A stretch of DNA of 10,943 nt from Myxococcota bacterium (GTDB taxonomy: Bacteria > Myxococcota > XYA12-FULL-58-9 > JALHOP01): the NCBI GenBank assembly GCA_041288095.1, contig JBGGMJ010000030.1, positions 1 to 10,943 on the forward strand, read 5' to 3'. Below are positions 6,776 through 10,943 of the stretch, piece after piece. Position 1 is the first letter of the stretch. Every line of letters begins with the position of its first letter. The position numbers and the translations under genes were made by a program. The notes under the pieces are model-generated. The model saw only the letters and a program-made list of their open reading frames with translations, did not search any database and was not told the origin of the DNA.

Positions 6776-7956
6776 GATGGCTTTTCGGGCGAGCTGATTT
6801 CGACACGATTGCACGCGCTGGTGTGCTGTCCGTTTTGGCGGCAACCGCGGCCTGCGGTAACGACGACGTGGCGTCACCGGGCATCATCGGTGGGCAGTGG
6901 TTCGACGCGGCGGTCGCCGAAGATGTCGTGTCGCCGCTCGATCTCTTCCCGGCGGGGTTCGTGGTCGACGGCGCCGGCGCGCCAATCGCGTCCGCTGATG
7001 CGGTCGATCTCACGGGCGCCAACGCGGGTCTCGGCGCGCACACCTCGGTGGCTACCAACGTCGGGAACCTCCAGGTGCTCTTCAACGAGCCGCTGAACCC
7101 CGACGTCATCCAGGACTTGGTCATCAACAGTGACCGTCCGGTCGACCTCGAGAATGGGCCGTTCAATCGCCAGTCCGAGTTCAACCCCGGCATCGAGGAC
7201 ATCGTGCCGCGCACGGGTCTCGTCGATATCGTTCGCGTCTCGACGGGCGAGCACTTCGCGGTCGAGTCCTTCTATCTCGACAACATCCGCCGCAACGTCT
7301 CCGAGGTCACGCCCGACGTCGGCCTGCAGCTCTTCCCGCTCGACGTTCTGCCGTCCAACGAAGAGTTTCAAATCCGCGTCTACGCGGGCGTCATCGAGGA
7401 TCGTGACGGCAACAAGGTGCAAGGCGCGCCTCGCCAATCCTTGCCTGGTGGTGTCGGTCGTCCCGAGACCGTCGGTGTCGTCACCGAGTCCGATGGCCGG
7501 CCGATCGCGGCTGTGCTCGGCTTCCTGACCGATGCGATTGAGGTGGCGGCGGTCGCGTTCCCAGTGTTGCCGGTCGATGATGACGGCGTGCCGACTTCGC
7601 TCGTCACCGAGGACGATCCGGAGACCTTTGAAAACGAGACCGCCCTGGTGGTCGACTTCAACACCCCGGTCGAGCCCGCTGGCGTCGAGGGCGCTTTCAT
7701 TCTCACCGCGGTCGGCGACCCGGCGACGCCAATCCCGTTCACGGTGATCCCGTACGAAACCGGCTCGACCGTCGACGAGAACGGCGACCCGGATCCGGAG
7801 GCCGAAGCGGAGGCGCACCCGACCTCGGTGCAGATCGTTCCCACGGTGCCGCTCGCCGAGGGTGATTACGAGCTCCGAATCGACCCGACCTACGAGGACA
7901 CCTACGGCAGCGCGGCCGTCGGCGTCGTCCAGGTCGAGCCGTTCACCGTCGAATAA
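6772..7956 (+). CDS. Acidic lipoprotein with two putative Ig-like (Big_5/SbsA-type) domains
   Basis: ATGA overlap with exbD2. Signal peptide II ending VLAATAA-C28. Two copies of a Big_5-like pattern: LQVLFNEPLNP...LFPLDVLPSNEEFQIRV...IEDRDGN and LVVDFNTPVEP...IVPTVPLAEGDYELRI...YEDTYGS. Domain call is by eye. Confidence 0.75.
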   Translation: MRWLFGRADFDTIARAGVLSVLAATAACGNDDVASPGIIGGQWFDAAVAEDVVSPLDLFPAGFVVDGAGAPIASADAVDLTGANAGLGAHTSVATNVGNLQVLFNEPLNPDVIQDLVINSDRPVDLENGPFNRQSEFNPGIEDIVPRTGLVDIVRVSTGEHFAVESFYLDNIRRNVSEVTPDVGLQLFPLDVLPSNEEFQIRVYAGVIEDRDGNKVQGAPRQSLPGGVGRPETVGVVTESDGRPIAAVLGFLTDAIEVAAVAFPVLPVDDDGVPTSLVTEDDPETFENETALVVDFNTPVEPAGVEGAFILTAVGDPATPIPFTVIPYETGSTVDENGDPDPEAEAEAHPTSVQIVPTVPLAEGDYELRIDPTYEDTYGSAAVGVVQVEPFTVE

Positions 7957-7996
7957 GTCCTGACAGAACACTGAACGCACGAAGGAACGACGAAAG

Positions 7997-10943
7997 ATGA
8001 AATCGAGAATCCTCGCAGCAGCAGTCGCGTTCGTGGGTCTGTCGGCGACGACAGCCTACGCACAACAAACCACCGGCACCTTACGCGGTGTGGTCACCGA
8101 TCCGGACAACAACAACCAACCGCTCGCGGGCGCGACGGTCGTCGCGACCTCGCCGCAGTTGCAGGGTGAAGAAGTCGCGCTCACCGATGAAGGTGGCCGT
8201 TACGTCATCACCAACCTGCCTGCCGGTGAATACCGCGTGAACTTTTCGTTCGCGGGTGTCGCCGTCGAGCGCACTGGTATCCGCGTCCTCGCGTCGCAAT
8301 ACGTGACCATCGACATGAAGCTGTCGACCTCGCAGGCGCAGGGTGAGGTCCTCACCGTCGAGGCACCGGCGCCTTCGGTCGACGTCGCGTCGACGACAGT
8401 CGGCACCACGGTCACGCGTGAGATGATCCAGAACGTGCCACTCGGCCGCACCCGCGACGTCTCGAGCGCGGTCAACGTGCTCCCGTCGGCGACGGCGGAC
8501 GACTTTGGTGTCTCCATCGGCGGTACGACCTCGCCCGAAAACCAGTTCATGGTCGATGGCTTGTCGATCAACGACATCGGCTACGGCTTGCAAGGTCAGC
8601 GCCTCATCCTCGAGTTCGTCGAGCAGGTGAACATCAAGGAAGGCGGTTATCTTCCCGAATTCGGTCGCGCCACCGGCGGCTATGTCGAAGCCATCACCAA
8701 GGGCGGTGGTAACGAGTTCCACGGCTCGGTGTTCGCCTACTGGCGGCCTGGGTTCTTGCAGACCGACCCCAAGGAAATCATCCGCGCTGGTGAGTCGATC
8801 TCGTCACAGCAGAAGCTCGGCCACTACGTGAACGCGGGCGCCGAGATCGGAGGCTACATCATCAAAGACAAGCTGTGGTTTCACGCGGGTTACGCGCCGG
8901 AGTATCAGCTCGACCGCTGGACCCGCACCTTGAACGCGCGTGTACCCGACGCGGCCAACAATCAGGTACTCGACCCTGACGGCAACTACGTGACGACGCC
9001 GATCGCCGCTGATCGGTTCGACTCGAACGTTATCACGCACCACTTCACGGCGAAGCTGACGCACCTCATCAGTCAGAACCTCCGTCACTCGCTTTCGGTC
9101 ACGGGTGCGCCGACGTATTTCCACGGCATACGCGAAAACCCCTTCGACACGAACTCACCGAAGATGTCGATGAATTCGGATCCCCAGACGGCGCGCTTCG
9201 ATGAGAACCAGGGCAACGTTTCGGCGATCTACAAGATCACCGGCAAGTTCTTCGACAACAAGCTGCAGCTTGATGGCTCGATTGGCTGGTTCCACAACGA
9301 ACGCATCGTTCAGCCTCACTTGGGCGAGCAGACGCCGCTGTATGTGTACAACTACCCACGCGACTACACCGACATCGCGGCGCAATGGGGGCCCTCGTCT
9401 ACGCCCGGTGCGGATTTGTCCGAGTGCCAGCAGACCTTCAACGACGGCACGAGCCGCTGCGTGGTCGAAGGTTACCGCGTCAACGGCTTCAACATCGGCA
9501 ACGTCAACACGACGGTCGCGAACCGCTTCGCAGAGCGGTTCGCTATCACGCACATCGGCGATTTCGCGGGTTTGCACCAGTTCAAGTACGGTCTCGATTT
9601 CGAGCAAAACACCTACTACAACCGCCGCCGCTATCCTGGTGGTGGCTTCTACACCGCAGTTTCGCCGACATACGCCAACGGCGATGACCGCATTCGCCAA
9701 CAAGCGTACTTCCGCGCCAATGAAGACGGGACCGGCCGTCCCGATCCGCGCGGTGTCATTGGCGACACCGAGGGACGCACCTGGGCGCTGTTCGTTCAGG
9801 ATACGTGGAACCCGACTACCAACCTCACGGTCAACTACGGTGTCCGCTGGGAAGGACAGCAGCTCTATGGTCTCGATTACGCGGGAGAGATTGGTGACAA
9901 AGAGCAGGCATTGGCGATCTGGGACAACTGGGCGCCTCGTGTCGGCGCGGTCTGGGACTTCCTGGGTGGCGGCCGCTCCAAGCTCTTCGCCAACTGGGGC
10001 CGCTACTATGAGCAGATCCCGCTCGACATCACCGACCGTCAGTTCGGTGGCGAAGGCATCGCGCTCACCGACTACCGTCTCGGCGCCGCCGGCGGCGGTT
10101 TCCCCGGCTCGATCGGCACCGGTCGTTGCCCGGGCGTCGACATCAACAGCACCACCGACGTCGTCAGCGACTGCGGGCTGTACTATCGCCGCCAAGCGCT
10201 CGGCGCGACTTCGGGTCTCGTCGCGCCAGGCTTGAAGGGTCAGTACACCGAGGAAATCCAGCTAGGTGGCCAGTGGGAGTTCATCCCCAGCTGGGTCGGT
10301 GGCATCACCGGCATCTACCGCAACCTCGGCCGCGCCATCGAGGACATCTCGACGGACGGCGGTGTTACGTACCTCGTCGCCAACCCAGGTCAGTTCGACA
10401 TGAACGAGCTCGACAAGGTCGACAACGACATCGCGCGTGAGACCGATCCGCTCAAGCGCGGTCGCTTGGAGACGCTGCGCAACCGCTTGGCTGCGATCAA
10501 CAACTTTCCGAAGCCCATTCGTCGCTATCTTGCGGCGCAGTTCACCTTGGACAAGCGCTTCCGCAACGACTTCCAGATTCAGGCGTCGTACCTGTTGTCG
10601 TTCAGCCGCGGTAACTTCCCGGGTCTCTTCTCGGCGAACAACCAGCAGCTCGATCCGAACATCACGTCGACGTACGACCTGCCGACGCTGCTCGTGAATC
10701 GCTATGGTTGGCTGCCGCAGGACAACCGTCACCGCATCAAGGTCTTCGGCTTCTATCAGATCGACTTCCGCAAGATGGGGTCGATGCTGCCGATCACCAT
10801 CACGCCCGGTCTCGGAGTGAACATCCGCAGCGGCAAGCCGATCGACGCGCTCGGCGCCGACCCGGACTACGGTGAAGACGAAGCATTCCTCATCCGCCGC
10901 GGTTCGGCTGGTCGTACCCCTTGGATCTGGGCCGCCGACGTGC
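7997..10943 (+). CDS. oar: Oar-family TonB-dependent outer-membrane transporter (3' end beyond the right edge)
   Basis: Manual translation is open for 982 codons. Signal peptide MKSRILAAAVAFVGLSATTAYA-Q; carboxypeptidase-regulatory-like N-domain (TGTLRGVVTD...ATSPQLQGEE..LTDEGGRY...LPAGEY); TonB-box-like GEVLTVEA; plug GVSIGGTTSPENQFMVDGLS...EFVEQVNIKEGGYLPEFGRATGG...NEFHGSVF; barrel motifs ALFVQDTW...LTVNYGVRWE and WAPRVGAVWD...SKLFANWGRYYEQIPLD. These closely match my recollection of M. xanthus Oar; orthology is not proven. AAGGA SD upstream. Confidence 0.93.
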   Translation, partial: MKSRILAAAVAFVGLSATTAYAQQTTGTLRGVVTDPDNNNQPLAGATVVATSPQLQGEEVALTDEGGRYVITNLPAGEYRVNFSFAGVAVERTGIRVLASQYVTIDMKLSTSQAQGEVLTVEAPAPSVDVASTTVGTTVTREMIQNVPLGRTRDVSSAVNVLPSATADDFGVSIGGTTSPENQFMVDGLSINDIGYGLQGQRLILEFVEQVNIKEGGYLPEFGRATGGYVEAITKGGGNEFHGSVFAYWRPGFLQTDPKEIIRAGESISSQQKLGHYVNAGAEIGGYIIKDKLWFHAGYAPEYQLDRWTRTLNARVPDAANNQVLDPDGNYVTTPIAADRFDSNVITHHFTAKLTHLISQNLRHSLSVTGAPTYFHGIRENPFDTNSPKMSMNSDPQTARFDENQGNVSAIYKITGKFFDNKLQLDGSIGWFHNERIVQPHLGEQTPLYVYNYPRDYTDIAAQWGPSSTPGADLSECQQTFNDGTSRCVVEGYRVNGFNIGNVNTTVANRFAERFAITHIGDFAGLHQFKYGLDFEQNTYYNRRRYPGGGFYTAVSPTYANGDDRIRQQAYFRANEDGTGRPDPRGVIGDTEGRTWALFVQDTWNPTTNLTVNYGVRWEGQQLYGLDYAGEIGDKEQALAIWDNWAPRVGAVWDFLGGGRSKLFANWGRYYEQIPLDITDRQFGGEGIALTDYRLGAAGGGFPGSIGTGRCPGVDINSTTDVVSDCGLYYRRQALGATSGLVAPGLKGQYTEEIQLGGQWEFIPSWVGGITGIYRNLGRAIEDISTDGGVTYLVANPGQFDMNELDKVDNDIARETDPLKRGRLETLRNRLAAINNFPKPIRRYLAAQFTLDKRFRNDFQIQASYLLSFSRGNFPGLFSANNQQLDPNITSTYDLPTLLVNRYGWLPQDNRHRIKVFGFYQIDFRKMGSMLPITITPGLGVNIRSGKPIDALGADPDYGEDEAFLIRRGSAGRTPWIWAADV

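Noticed and set aside
4170-7980. Long minus-strand ORFs (4205-5704, 5245-6483, 6874-7980 and others)
   Set aside because: Antisense shadows of well-supported plus-strand genes, expected with GC-rich codon bias; no recognisable domains.
8081-10732. ORF-track entries inside the TBDT (e.g. 9155-10195 minus, 9201-10235 plus)
   Set aside because: Alternative-frame shadows with Ser/Thr/Arg-rich low-information translations; the real frame starts at 7997 and is uninterrupted.
1-10943. CRISPR array, tRNA/rRNA, transposase, phage genes, Fur box, sigma54 promoter
   Set aside because: None recognisable by eye; almost all of the window is accounted for by protein-coding genes.

Overview
GC-rich bacterial window, probably Myxococcota judging by the Oar-like receptor and the TonB style (inference). 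Left part: msrA (minus strand, runs off the left edge, missing from the ORF track), a divergent DcsG/RimK-like ATP-grasp enzyme, and a convergent 67-kDa-type signal peptide peptidase sppA. Right part, divergent from sppA: a co-oriented envelope cluster of TPR lipoprotein - tonB - exbB - exbD1 - exbD2 - very acidic tandem Ig-like lipoprotein - Oar-family TonB-dependent transporter (starts at 7997, >982 aa, runs off the right edge, missing from the ORF track). This resembles the Myxococcus xanthus Oar/Ton system implicated in protein secretion, with two accessory lipoproteins. Non-coding observations: a near-consensus sigma70 promoter with a perfect palindrome (GAAC-N4-GTTC core) in its spacer; a hairpin covering nearly the whole TPR-tonB intergenic region; and a structured exbD1-exbD2 spacer with an ECF-type promoter motif, an in-frame A_AAA_AAG slippery site and a hidden 56-codon ORF overlapping both exbD genes. 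All calls were made by eye, with no database searches.
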